In this document: one piece after another, positions 31,613 to 41,598 of the stretch | Layout: every line of letters starts with the position of its first letter | Numbering within the stretch: position 1 is the first letter of the stretch | Program-made: the position numbers and the translations under genes | Source: a virus | Length of the DNA stretch: 64,000 nt | Virus record (IMG/VR): IMGVR_UViG_3300032073_000003 | Span: 32,001-96,000 of that record | Reading direction: 5' to 3' (one strand) | The notes under the pieces: model-generated | Told to the model about the DNA's origin: nothing | The model's input: only the letters and a program-made list of their open reading frames with translations | Databases searched by the model: none

Positions 31613-31942
31613 TTATTTATTTATTAATATATCTAATTTACCGTTTATTGTACTAATGCCAAGTTTTACTTCTGTTATTTCTGCATTAATAGCATCAAGT
31701 TCTGTTTTATTTTTTTCTTCAGTTTTTTCTGTTCGAGTATGAATTGCTGTAAATTTTTTAAACATAATACTTTCATTTTTTTCTAGATCTTTTTTCATCT
31801 GTCTAATCTTTGCATCCATTTCTTTATCATGTACTATCATCTTCCAATAAAAACCAACAGCAGCTCCAACTCCGGTAACAATATATATAACATCTTTTAA
31901 TGCAAATGTTGCATCCATTGCTGTAATCTGTAGTAAATCCAT
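31613..31942 (-). CDS. Single-TM coiled-coil protein (holin/antiholin-like)
   Basis: 109 aa, TM near the N-terminus then coiled coil. First gene of the lysis cassette. Confidence 0.5.
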   Translation of the reverse strand: MDLLQITAMDATFALKDVIYIVTGVGAAVGFYWKMIVHDKEMDAKIRQMKKDLEKNESIMFKKFTAIHTRTEKTEEKNKTELDAINAEITEVKLGISTINGKLDILINK

Positions 31943-31962
31943 CCCTTCTGTTTTTTATATTT

Positions 31963-33813
31963 TTAAAATTGATAACCGTTTAATACAAATTCTCTTACTA
32001 AAATATCATTAGGGTTAGAAGTTCCTCCCGTATTAAAGGATTCAAATTCTACATCAAATACATCTCCAAATGTAGCTTGACCTATAACACTGAATGTAAA
32101 ACTTTGTGCTCTACCTTGTCTTATTTCAGGGTATCCTATTGCATCCGTAATAGCTGTTCCATTAGAACGCAACCTACAAGCTATGAATCCATCACCTGAC
32201 ATTTCAACTGTTCCTGAGACAATTACCATGAAATTTGCATCCACCTTTGAGTTGTATTCAAGAGAGCAATTTGCTACATTCGTTATTACCCTTGTAACCA
32301 AAGGAAATGTTGGAGCATTTGTGAAAGCACCTGTATCTATGTTTGCTGCTGCTAATACTTGTGGGTTTGTAGTTCCCGTATTTAAATCATTTAAGTTTCC
32401 TACAATAGACATGGTTGCCTTAGCATTACCATTTTGAATACCTTGATTAGCTTGTATTATTGTGCTATTCTGAATATCATAATCAAAGTTTGCTACAACA
32501 CCTGTAGTTAAACCAATGTCTATTCCAGTATTTGAAGCAATAGTTCCAAATCCAATAGTAGCTGAGTTACTTATATCAATGCCGTTCTGAGTTTGTTGAG
32601 GATGAATAACACAACCGGAAATATTAACAGCACCAAATCCATTTCCCCCTCCATTATCAAGTAATTCTATCATAGATACAGTAGCGTAACCACTTGGTGT
32701 AGGTAAACTTGTTTCATCAAACCACCTTACATACTCGCAAGAACTAATTTGTAATTTAGATACGTTTTTAAATTGACAACCTATTGTAGTTGCCTCAACA
32801 TACCATACTAATGTATTTTGGATATCTATTAAATCAAATCCTTCTATATACCAAACATCAAAACAGTTTCTAAACTGACAGTTAATAATAGTTAATACTT
32901 TATCTCTTCCTGCATTATAGTCAGGCTGATTGTAATTAACTGCTCTTAGCACAACATCACCTCCTGTACTATTTGTAGATGAAAGTTTTAAATTTGCTAA
33001 TTGAAAATTTACATCAGTAACAGTTATAAAATCTCCTGCACCTGCAGCTCCTGTATAAGTTAACTCATCAAGATCTCTATCCCAACCTACAATAGCAATA
33101 TTAGGATTAGTAATATCTAATCTATTTGTGCAATTAACATTACCTCTTACAAAGTATGCTGTATTAGCTGCTAAAGTTATAACACCTCCTACGGCAGTAC
33201 CAAAGTCAGATTCTTGTGATACCTCAACCATATTAGTTGAGTTAATAGTCGGTGTGAATACACTAGATAAAGGTGTTTGATAACTAGGTATAACTCCCGG
33301 ACCATTAGATGTTAATACATCACCTATTGTACCTGGAGTTAAATTATCATAATTATTTGCACTAGTAGCATGTATAATATCTCCAGTTGCTGCAGTATTT
33401 GGGAATGATGCTGTACTCCAATCTGCCGTTGTTGCATCACTTCTTAAAAATGTACCAGCACTTCCTATAGGTATTCTTGTAGCTGTATCATTTCCTGTTG
33501 CTACTACTAAATCCCCTTCTACATCCCATATTGGATCAGTAGCTACATCACCTCCTCCACCAGCACCAGCAGTTGTTTCTTTCCAAACAGCAGCTCCTAC
33601 TGTAGCATCTACTAATTTATATGACTTATCTGCTGTAACATCAGTCCATTCAGAACCTACAGCATAACCAGATGCAGAATCATCAGTTACTGCTGGAGCA
33701 ACAGTTGCTGTCCAATTATTTTGTAATACAGCTGAAGTAGTAGCATCTACATCTGAATGCACAGTTACTGTACCTTCTATGCCTGATATTATTGGTTGAT
33801 TTCTTTCACTCAT
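31963..33813 (-). CDS. Tail spike/fibre with putative beta-helix
   Basis: 616 aa. Fibre-like G/A/T-rich N-terminal half and N/I-rich ladder repeats in the C-terminal half. Confidence 0.6.
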   Translation of the reverse strand: MSERNQPIISGIEGTVTVHSDVDATTSAVLQNNWTATVAPAVTDDSASGYAVGSEWTDVTADKSYKLVDATVGAAVWKETTAGAGGGGDVATDPIWDVEGDLVVATGNDTATRIPIGSAGTFLRSDATTADWSTASFPNTAATGDIIHATSANNYDNLTPGTIGDVLTSNGPGVIPSYQTPLSSVFTPTINSTNMVEVSQESDFGTAVGGVITLAANTAYFVRGNVNCTNRLDITNPNIAIVGWDRDLDELTYTGAAGAGDFITVTDVNFQLANLKLSSTNSTGGDVVLRAVNYNQPDYNAGRDKVLTIINCQFRNCFDVWYIEGFDLIDIQNTLVWYVEATTIGCQFKNVSKLQISSCEYVRWFDETSLPTPSGYATVSMIELLDNGGGNGFGAVNISGCVIHPQQTQNGIDISNSATIGFGTIASNTGIDIGLTTGVVANFDYDIQNSTIIQANQGIQNGNAKATMSIVGNLNDLNTGTTNPQVLAAANIDTGAFTNAPTFPLVTRVITNVANCSLEYNSKVDANFMVIVSGTVEMSGDGFIACRLRSNGTAITDAIGYPEIRQGRAQSFTFSVIGQATFGDVFDVEFESFNTGGTSNPNDILVREFVLNGYQF

Positions 33814-33823
33814 AATTTTATTT

Positions 33824-33859
33824 TTAATCTATTTCTGCGTATGTCTTATTATTGTGCAT
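33824..33859 (-). pseudogene. Remnant of the 86-aa fibre-partner gene
   Basis: Reads MHNNKTYAEID*, matching the start of 36014..36274 (MHNTKTYAVIN). Sits in the equivalent position just after a LamG gene. Confidence 0.6.
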
Positions 33860-33869
33860 TTTTATTATT

Positions 33870-36011
33870 TTAAGGTGTGTCTGTAACTCTGTCTACTGAT
33901 TCCATATTGTAACTCAAAGCGTCATTATATGAATTAGGTGCATTGCCTACTCTGTCCTCAATAGTCATTGCATTTGAGATACCACCACCACTATAATTAG
34001 GTGCTTCACCTACTAAAGAATCTACTGTCATTGCATTTGATGTTCCGTTATTACTTCCTACGTTATCAGGTACTGTCCAATCAGTTCCGTTGAATGAAGC
34101 ATCTTCACCCATTCTGTACCAATAATCTGGGGAAAGACTTGTCAAGTCATTAGGAACTCCACCATTATATATGCTAGACAAGTTAGCTGATTGGTCGTTA
34201 TCCCATACTGCAAATTCATCAATGCTGCCATTAAATCCTGGGAATGTACCTCCTCCTCTATTACCTATATATCTTAAAGCTCCGTTATACAAACCTCCTA
34301 CCCTTTTATATCTAGAATCAGTTGTGGAATTTACTTCGTTAGCTCCATCTGTAAAACATCTTATTGTTTGGTCAGCACCATCTGGATTGAAAATAATTAA
34401 TATGTGATGCCAGTCACCATCTAAGACATTACTAGAAAGTAAATGATAAACATTGTTTATGTTTCTCCAATAGAGGCTACTGTTTTGAGCAGTCCAAAGA
34501 GTGTGTAAGTTGTAAGAATCGGCACTAAATAAATTTTTTGCTCCTGGTGCTTGAGCGCTTCCTTTTATCCAAAAGGAAAAGGTAAACTGACTGCCATTAG
34601 CTACAGTAGAGCTTGCCCCTAAGTCTATATAGTCATCTATTCCGTCAAAAGCAAAACTCCTTTTACTGTAATTAGTTAATGCTGAATTGTCAACTAACCA
34701 ATTACTTGTAAAGTTAGCTTCTTCTCCCATTTTATAGTGTGCTACTGCTCCGCTTGGTAGTGTTGTAGGTTCTCCGCTACCATCCCATAAATCACCAATA
34801 GGAATAACAGAATTGAAAATTGAAACTTCGTCAATATTTCCATTGAATAAATAACTCGGCAATGATGTTGGTTCTGAGAAACAACCGATAGTTAAAGTTC
34901 CACTTCCATAACTTAAAATAGATGTGCCAGCCGAAGGACTCCCAACTGCAACCCCATCGACATACAAGATAACTTCACTACCATCGTAAGTACCTACTAA
35001 ATGATGCCAATTATTATCTAATACTACTCCACTCGTTGCGCTTGTAACTGTTCCCGTAACATCTGTTTTTATTGCAAATACTACTTTATTTAGTGCAGTA
35101 GTTACATAAAAACCATATGCATCCGCTCCTCCAGTTGGTCCGTCTTGACTGATTATCCTAGTGAAAGCAGAATTTGCGGAACCTTTTATCCAACAGCTTA
35201 CCGTTATAATGTTTGGTTTTAATGCCGCGCTATTTCCACAATCTACATAGTCATCCACTCCATCAAACTCAAAACTATAATTTGAAACTTTGTCTTTGTT
35301 CTCATTGTTAGGTAGTAACCACTGTGGTGACTTGTAATCCCCATTATCTCCCATTCTGTACCAAGCTACTGGAGAAAGTGGTGTTAAGTCTGTTGCCTTT
35401 CCACCATTGTAGATAGCTAAAGCATTCTCAGAAGAAAGTTCTGTATTAAAAATAGCCCATTCATCTTGTTTGCCAGCGTAAAAATTACTTGCAAAATTAT
35501 TACCGCTTATATAAGCAGCCTGAGAAACTTGAATAGTGCTGTTTTGTAAATTATCTTGTGTTATTGTAATAGCTTGACTCACTCCATTTTTATAAATGGT
35601 TATACCACTTGCTAAACCACTACCGTCATAAGTTACTACTACGTTAGTCCAAACGTTTGGAGGTATAACAGAACCAGTTCTAGTTATTATTCTTTTCCTT
35701 GTGGAGGTAGAACCACTATTTGTATTGTATAGGTTAAAATATAAAAAATTATCACCAGTTCCGGGGGAATTAAGATACATTAAAATACCTCTACCACTAG
35801 CGTATTTAGTAAATAAATAATCACTACCATTAACTGCATCGGGGTTTACCCAAAAGGAATAAGAAAAAGCATCTGTATATTCAAAGTTAATTCCATTGCC
35901 TATATCAACATATTCATCCACTCCATCAAATGCAAGTGAATATGTATTGCTGAAAGAGGATGCTGGAATAGCAATATTAAATGGACTATTTAGAGCTCTT
36001 GTTGCTTTCAT
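33870..36011 (-). CDS. Tail fibre/receptor-binding protein with three LamG (ConA-like) domains
   Basis: Three units starting (Y/R)S(L/F).FDG(V/I)D(E/D)Y(V/I)D and ending (W/H)Y(R/K)MG(D/E), plus 'WHH(L/I)V' and 'G.IDE..I(F/W)' LamG motifs. Confidence 0.8.
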   Translation of the reverse strand: MKATRALNSPFNIAIPASSFSNTYSLAFDGVDEYVDIGNGINFEYTDAFSYSFWVNPDAVNGSDYLFTKYASGRGILMYLNSPGTGDNFLYFNLYNTNSGSTSTRKRIITRTGSVIPPNVWTNVVVTYDGSGLASGITIYKNGVSQAITITQDNLQNSTIQVSQAAYISGNNFASNFYAGKQDEWAIFNTELSSENALAIYNGGKATDLTPLSPVAWYRMGDNGDYKSPQWLLPNNENKDKVSNYSFEFDGVDDYVDCGNSAALKPNIITVSCWIKGSANSAFTRIISQDGPTGGADAYGFYVTTALNKVVFAIKTDVTGTVTSATSGVVLDNNWHHLVGTYDGSEVILYVDGVAVGSPSAGTSILSYGSGTLTIGCFSEPTSLPSYLFNGNIDEVSIFNSVIPIGDLWDGSGEPTTLPSGAVAHYKMGEEANFTSNWLVDNSALTNYSKRSFAFDGIDDYIDLGASSTVANGSQFTFSFWIKGSAQAPGAKNLFSADSYNLHTLWTAQNSSLYWRNINNVYHLLSSNVLDGDWHHILIIFNPDGADQTIRCFTDGANEVNSTTDSRYKRVGGLYNGALRYIGNRGGGTFPGFNGSIDEFAVWDNDQSANLSSIYNGGVPNDLTSLSPDYWYRMGEDASFNGTDWTVPDNVGSNNGTSNAMTVDSLVGEAPNYSGGGISNAMTIEDRVGNAPNSYNDALSYNMESVDRVTDTP

Positions 36012-36013
36012 TA

Positions 36014-36274
36014 TTATACTATTTCTTCAATAGGTTGACTCCATTCAAGAGTAGACATTAATTCTAATATTGCGTGATGATCATAAGTACCTACCGGAAC
36101 AACAGTATTATCCATTATGAAAGTTGGAGTATAACCATCTTCCCACTTAATAACAAACTGCGTATCGTCTAAAGATTTTCTAATAGTAGATGCTGAACTT
36201 TGTGCTACTTGGCTAAAGTCTATTAAGCTAATATCTGTTAAGTTAATTACTGCGTATGTTTTTGTATTATGCAT
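36014..36274 (-). CDS. Small LamG-fibre partner protein (putative chaperone)
   Basis: 86 aa, between two LamG genes. Confidence 0.6.
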   Translation of the reverse strand: MHNTKTYAVINLTDISLIDFSQVAQSSASTIRKSLDDTQFVIKWEDGYTPTFIMDNTVVPVGTYDHHAILELMSTLEWSQPIEEIV

Positions 36275-36292
36275 TTTTATATTTTTTTAAAA

Positions 36293-37105
36293 TTATGTTG
36301 GAACATCTGTTTCAATACGACTTGCTGTCATATTAATCATTGTACCGTCATTACTATTAATACCATGATCAATAATTGTTGGAAAAGTATCTCCATCTCC
36401 CATTCTCCACCAATTAGATGGGCTTAAAGATGATATGTCATTAGGAACACCAGTTCCATAAATTGAAGTTACATCTGCTTGAGTTAATGAACTATTAAAT
36501 ATAGCAAATTCATCAATATTTCCACTATAGGTTCTAAAGTCATTTCCAGCATTTCCTCCTATAACTCCGTTAAAGTATCCAGTTCCTAATGTTGTAGGAA
36601 AATCAGTACCTGTTTGCTCTGGTGGAAAAAGTTCAAACGATAAAGTAACAGGACCTCCATTAATGTAAAGTTTAATCTTATCTGAATTTGTTAATCCAGC
36701 ACCATCAAAAACAAATGCATAATGAAACCACGACCCATCTGTTATAAATGAAGGTAAAGATGCTTTAGGATAATAAGCTTCAAAACTACCAAAAGAGCCT
36801 CCAAATAACCTAAACATTAACCCTCTAGTATTGAGAAATTGGATAACCAAAATACCACTACCACCTTGGTTTGGACCTGTAGAAAGCTGAGTAGCCATTA
36901 AAAATCTTGAATTTAAAAAACCATTTGGTTCAGTACCCTCATATTTACACCAACCTGAAAAACTAGCATTTGAAGCTCCATCTAATGCGGATAAATTACC
37001 TACACTAATATAATCATCAGTATTATTGAAATATATACTTTTACTACTAGAAAAAGGTTCTGCTATTTCTATTTCAAAATTGTTATTTCCTCTTTGGATA
37101 AACAT
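36293..37105 (-). CDS. Single-LamG tail fibre/lectin-like protein
   Basis: 'SIYFNNTDDYI', 'WFHYAFV', 'GNIDEFAIFN', 'NWWRMGD'. Confidence 0.8.
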   Translation of the reverse strand: MFIQRGNNNFEIEIAEPFSSSKSIYFNNTDDYISVGNLSALDGASNASFSGWCKYEGTEPNGFLNSRFLMATQLSTGPNQGGSGILVIQFLNTRGLMFRLFGGSFGSFEAYYPKASLPSFITDGSWFHYAFVFDGAGLTNSDKIKLYINGGPVTLSFELFPPEQTGTDFPTTLGTGYFNGVIGGNAGNDFRTYSGNIDEFAIFNSSLTQADVTSIYGTGVPNDISSLSPSNWWRMGDGDTFPTIIDHGINSNDGTMINMTASRIETDVPT

Positions 37106-37485
37106 TATAGTTCTCTATTGTCTATTAAAATTAAAGTATTAGCATCAAGCACTAAGAATCCTACGTCATTTAATGTACCTGGAGTAGTTGAAAATCCACC
37201 ATTACCAGCATCTGTTACATAATAGTATTCTCCTACCGTATAACCATGTGCATTTGATACAAAAAATCCAGTAGTCTGTACTTTTATAATATCAACACTA
37301 ACTATCTCAGTTACAAACAATGCTTTTTGCTTATTAATATCTGTTGCATTTGAAGGAAGTAAATCACCTGTAGTTGTGTCAATATATATAGCCATTAACT
37401 TATCTGTACCGGGCAGAATTAACCCATGAGCAACCTTAGTTATTGTTGCTGTTGTTGTATTTTTTCTTGTTACTGTTGCAAACAT
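37105..37485 (-). CDS. Virion accessory protein
   Basis: 126 aa, beta-rich ('HGYTVGEYYYVTD..G'), coupled to the LamG gene. Confidence 0.5.
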   Translation of the reverse strand: MFATVTRKNTTTATITKVAHGLILPGTDKLMAIYIDTTTGDLLPSNATDINKQKALFVTEIVSVDIIKVQTTGFFVSNAHGYTVGEYYYVTDAGNGGFSTTPGTLNDVGFLVLDANTLILIDNREL

Positions 37486-37486
37486 A

Positions 37487-38074
37487 TTACGTAAGTATAT
37501 CTACATACACTGTAGCAGAACCGTTACCATTGTAATCTATGTCTGGCAATGTATCATTGTTAAATTCAAAAGATTGTGACCAACCATCTGGTCTTACAAC
37601 ACTATTTATTGACCCTCCTGACCCATCTATAAAAATAGTTGCAGCTTTACTTCCTGCAGGTATTGTTCCTGCTCCTGTAGTAGAAGATGAGGTTAATGCT
37701 GTAGCAACTGAAGCTGTGTTAGCTTCAACTAGTAATTGAGTTGCTTCTGTAGCACCTCCTCCTCCTGTTATATAAGTTATAGTACATCCACTATAATCTG
37801 CAGGATCTGGAGTTGTGCTACCAGGTTCATAATATTGAACACTAGTGAATCCTCCGGTAACAGTATCAAAAATTCTAATTTCAAGTCTTACTATATCTCC
37901 TGCTGGTGGAACTGGTCCAGAACAAGAAATATTTACTAATTCAGCCTCATATTCTTTCCCACCTGTTACAATAGAAGCAGCAATTTTATCTAACCCCAAC
38001 AATACTTTATATTGCCAGGGCCAATTATTACCTTTGAGACCACTATTTTTTAAGTTCCCAATGCTATTTGACAT
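37487..38074 (-). CDS. Putative virion protein
   Basis: 195 aa, T/G/S-rich, in the fibre block. Confidence 0.5.
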   Translation of the reverse strand: MSNSIGNLKNSGLKGNNWPWQYKVLLGLDKIAASIVTGGKEYEAELVNISCSGPVPPAGDIVRLEIRIFDTVTGGFTSVQYYEPGSTTPDPADYSGCTITYITGGGGATEATQLLVEANTASVATALTSSSTTGAGTIPAGSKAATIFIDGSGGSINSVVRPDGWSQSFEFNNDTLPDIDYNGNGSATVYVDILT

Positions 38075-38080
38075 AGTTTA

Positions 38081-38320
38081 TTATTTTATTACATGAACAG
38101 AACCGCCTGGTTTACTGTATAAATCTCCTACTTTTAATCCAGCTGCTAAAGCTGCAGTATCATCTGCATATTCTCTAGAGGATATTAGGGATCCAGAATC
38201 TAGTAAAAATTTCTTTACTGATCTGTTAAGATATTGGTACATTTGAGTCAGTTTAGATCTGTACTCAGGCATAGTACCTGTTGCATTATCTGCATTTTCA
38301 AATTCTTTTAAAGTTGCCAT
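38081..38320 (-). CDS. Hypothetical/virion protein
   Basis: 79 aa with 'YADD..ALAAGL.VGDLY' fibre-tip-like motif. Confidence 0.55.
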   Translation of the reverse strand: MATLKEFENADNATGTMPEYRSKLTQMYQYLNRSVKKFLLDSGSLISSREYADDTAALAAGLKVGDLYSKPGGSVHVIK

Positions 38321-38371
38321 GGTATAAATTTTAATTAGTTACAAATATAATATACAAAAAAATATTGAAAT

Positions 38372-38404
38372 AAAAAAATCCCTAGACTCTCATCTAAGGA
38401 TTTA
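38372..38404 (-). terminator. Intrinsic terminator
   Basis: AATCCTTAGA-TGAGAG-TCTAGGGATT plus T-run after the GroES-like gene. Confidence 0.65.
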
Positions 38405-38429
38405 TATTCATAAACTTAATTATATTAAG

Positions 38430-38708
38430 TTACCATACAATTGCTATAGCTGTATCAGGAATTAATATTCTCATTTTCCCATCAATTTCTATTTTTTCTC
38501 CAGACTCTAGTGCATATGATTGAGCATATACCATATCTCCTTTTTTAAGTTTTTCTACTTCATTTCCTACTGCAAATACTTCTAATTTTTCCCATTTTTT
38601 CATAGCTGCTGCCATAATTGCTTCTTCATCTTGTGCAGAAATTTCAATTTTAGACTTTTTTAAATCTGGAATTGTAATTAAAACTCTTTTACCTCTTAAA
38701 CTCTTCAT
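38430..38708 (-). CDS. groES: Co-chaperonin GroES-like protein
   Basis: 'LRGKRVLI...LEVFAVG.EV..LKKGD.V' Cpn10 pattern, 92 aa. Confidence 0.7.
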   Translation of the reverse strand: MKSLRGKRVLITIPDLKKSKIEISAQDEEAIMAAAMKKWEKLEVFAVGNEVEKLKKGDMVYAQSYALESGEKIEIDGKMRILIPDTAIAIVW

Positions 38709-38725
38709 GTAATAGTTTTTTTAAG

Positions 38726-38953
38726 TTATGCTTCATAACTTTGATTTGACATAATAGGTTCTTCTACTGTTGCATTATCTACAGAAGGATGGCTATCTTT
38801 TAATATTAACTCTAATTTTATTTTTTCTAATAATCCTACTAAAGCTAGATTACCATAAGCTTCATCTTTTACTTTAACTTCTAATCCTTCTTGTTTTACC
38901 TCGATAGATAATAATACTGTATTCTCCATATATTTATTTTTTATTTTATACAA
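38726..38953 (-). CDS. Hypothetical protein
   Basis: 75 aa ORF, co-oriented. Confidence 0.55.
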   Translation of the reverse strand: MYKIKNKYMENTVLLSIEVKQEGLEVKVKDEAYGNLALVGLLEKIKLELILKDSHPSVDNATVEEPIMSNQSYEA

Positions 38954-39077
38954 ATATATAAATTTTATTTATTTAAACTATAAAACTTTAAGTGTATTAA
39001 TTATATATAGTGATAAAAATATAAGAAGTAAATAAAGACCTAATACTAGCCATTTTCCATTTTTTATATCGTCCTTA

Positions 39078-39875
39078 TTATTTTTCACCGCTTAACATTC
39101 TATATTGTAATAAATCTTGATACGTTTTATTGTTAATTTTAAATGGTTGACGACAATCTTTTTCTCTACAACGCATAAAATGCTGTATTGTTCCAGCAGT
39201 TGTAGTATATGTTTTATTAATGCCTACATAATTAGATCCACATTCTGGACATCCATATTTAGGACCCCCTCTAGCTACTGAATAATTAAATTTATTTCTA
39301 GCATATGGTCTAAGCTTTTTATATATTTCCTCTAAGGTCACCACATCTCCATCACAATATTTATGCATATGAGCTAACGCTTTAGGATCTTTTTTAAATA
39401 TTATATTCATCCAAGTTTCTATCCCACCCGGATCTAACTTTAATGTTAATCCAAAATACTTAGCTACTTCAGCTAGTTTATTAGACGGGAGGCTTAAATA
39501 CTTCTTACACATTTTTAAAGTATCTATCATAACATAAGTATCTCGCATTTCTAACCCATGAAACAAAGCTCTAGTACGTATCCATTTAATATCAAACCTA
39601 TCTCCATTATGAGCTACTATCTCATCTGCTTTATCTAATACTTTAATAAATTTCTCTATTAACTCTTTATCGCATTGTTTATTTAAACCCCAATCTAAAT
39701 GATGCACCTTCTTAAGTCCTTCCCATTTCCAAGAGATAGTCATTATCTGAGCATAATTAATAATCTGATGTGGTAATATATTTTGGTTATAACCAGGTTT
39801 CCAAAAATGACCTTCGCAAAATGATGTCTCAATATCATAGAACAATCTCTTTCTAGATCTTCCTTTAGTTCTCAT
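39078..39875 (-). CDS. DnaQ/RNase H-like 3'-5' exonuclease with C-terminal Zn ribbon
   Basis: ExoI 'FYDIET', ExoII 'HNGDRFD', ExoIII 'YCDGDV' and CPECG...C..C. Start set at ATG 39875. Confidence 0.8.
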   Translation of the reverse strand: MRTKGRSRKRLFYDIETSFCEGHFWKPGYNQNILPHQIINYAQIMTISWKWEGLKKVHHLDWGLNKQCDKELIEKFIKVLDKADEIVAHNGDRFDIKWIRTRALFHGLEMRDTYVMIDTLKMCKKYLSLPSNKLAEVAKYFGLTLKLDPGGIETWMNIIFKKDPKALAHMHKYCDGDVVTLEEIYKKLRPYARNKFNYSVARGGPKYGCPECGSNYVGINKTYTTTAGTIQHFMRCREKDCRQPFKINNKTYQDLLQYRMLSGEK

Positions 39876-40251
39876 GTGTTGATTATTGGTTAACAATTGA
39901 AGCTAAACTTTTGAACAAACTCTTAAGCTTCTTTAACATTGATTTATAATAATATACAAAAAAAAGATGAGGATTGCAAAAGTACTACTTCTGTAGGAGG
40001 GTTATTACCCCCTCTGTGGTATCATCCATATTTCTAAACTATATATTTCAAGTTGTATACTTTAGGTTGTGGTGAGGCCTTAATAAAATGATCCCGGGGT
40101 CTGCCAACAAGTTGGTCACCCCCCTTTGTTCTACAAGATCATTTTTCATATTTGCTCATACAAATCTTTTTTTTCTGCTGGCAAAAAAACATCTGCCTGA
40201 ACAAACAACAGCTAACCCTGAACTGGCATAGTAACCATTAACATTAATACT

Positions 40252-40563
40252 ATGAAATTTATCAGAGACAAATTTATAACAGATAATGTCTTTATCTGTT
40301 TACAAGAAAATGAACGCTTTGTCACATTTTATTGTGCCAAACACAAACCTTTCACCAAACCTGTTGGTTATGTTGAAAGAATGTTTGACATTCCTGAGTT
40401 TAAGAACTCGGAATTTCATACTAAAGATGCAGAGGATGAATCCTCTCACATCTGTTTTACCATATCATATAAGTATTGGACTGGGTCCAAACTTGATGAT
40501 AACGGTAAACCGTATCAAAATCTCTCAATCAAAGATTGGGATTTTATGGAAGAAGACTCTTAG
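40252..40563 (+). CDS. Early hypothetical protein
   Basis: 103 aa, preceded by motif copy 1 and followed by a terminator hairpin (40550-40570). Confidence 0.65.
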   Translation: MKFIRDKFITDNVFICLQENERFVTFYCAKHKPFTKPVGYVERMFDIPEFKNSEFHTKDAEDESSHICFTISYKYWTGSKLDDNGKPYQNLSIKDWDFMEEDS

Positions 40564-40652
40564 TCTTCTTTTTTTTTCCTTGTACAAATAACTTGATTTC
40601 CCTCTCTTTTGCTAACCCTTCACTGACACTGTATAACTAAAAAACAGATATT

Positions 40653-41030
40653 ATGGTACAAGAAACTAAATGCATTAACATTGACGGCAATCAGGTAATA
40701 GACTTAACTCCTGATTATAACAGACCACTAGCACTGGTTGACTTAACAGTTCTTAATAAACTTACTGATTTACTACCTAAAGGAAACTTTACTAGTATCA
40801 GACATGGTTTAAGAGGACAAATAATGGATACTAATAACTTACAGGAACTTGTAAAGGTTGCTGAAGACTTTGTTACATTTCACAATTCCGTAAACCTCAT
40901 AAGAGAGGTAAGCTCACGTGAACTGAACACAAAGGAACAGGAAACTACAGAACCTAAAGTTATTGGTAAAATAGACCTAGGAAACTTGGACAATAATTCT
41001 TATGAAAAGAATGAATCATTTGCTCCTTGA
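40653..41030 (+). CDS. Early hypothetical protein
   Basis: 125 aa, preceded by motif copy 2. Confidence 0.65.
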   Translation: MVQETKCINIDGNQVIDLTPDYNRPLALVDLTVLNKLTDLLPKGNFTSIRHGLRGQIMDTNNLQELVKVAEDFVTFHNSVNLIREVSSRELNTKEQETTEPKVIGKIDLGNLDNNSYEKNESFAP

Positions 41031-41160
41031 TTAGGATTACTAACAATTAACTGGAGACATGTTACTAATAAAGGTAACATGTTTCTTGTTTCTTATAATC
41101 CCTTTTTTTTTCTAACCCTCAACTAGACTTGTTAACATATAAACTAATAACTTAAACATT

Positions 41161-41598
41161 ATGGCAAATTTAAAAGCTACAAGAAGTGGAAACTATGTAC
41201 GTAAAGATGGTGACCACAAAGGCAAAACATTCTTTACGTATGACATAACTGGGTCTAAAGAAGACATGAAGAAATTCACTGATTCCCCAAACTTTAAACT
41301 GTATCCAAGACACAGTGCAACTGGAGTACCACAGATACATACAATGTACATGGACCCGTTACGTAAACAGAATCCACTGTATCAGAAACAAGATGGCAGC
41401 TTTACGTTGGACCAATCTGAGACAAGAGATGACTTGGGAGTGTTACAAGCACTGAGAGAACAGGCACCTGAATTGGTTGCAGGTTTCACAGCCGTGGTAC
41501 TGGAAAAGTCATTTGGAACACCAAAGGCTACAAGTATGCTTGCACCTGAACCTGTAACTGTAACAGGTAAAGAGGCAGACTTGACTGACGTGAGCTAG
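41161..41598 (+). CDS. Early hypothetical protein
   Basis: 145 aa, preceded by motif copy 3. Confidence 0.7.
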   Translation: MANLKATRSGNYVRKDGDHKGKTFFTYDITGSKEDMKKFTDSPNFKLYPRHSATGVPQIHTMYMDPLRKQNPLYQKQDGSFTLDQSETRDDLGVLQALREQAPELVAGFTAVVLEKSFGTPKATSMLAPEPVTVTGKEADLTDVS

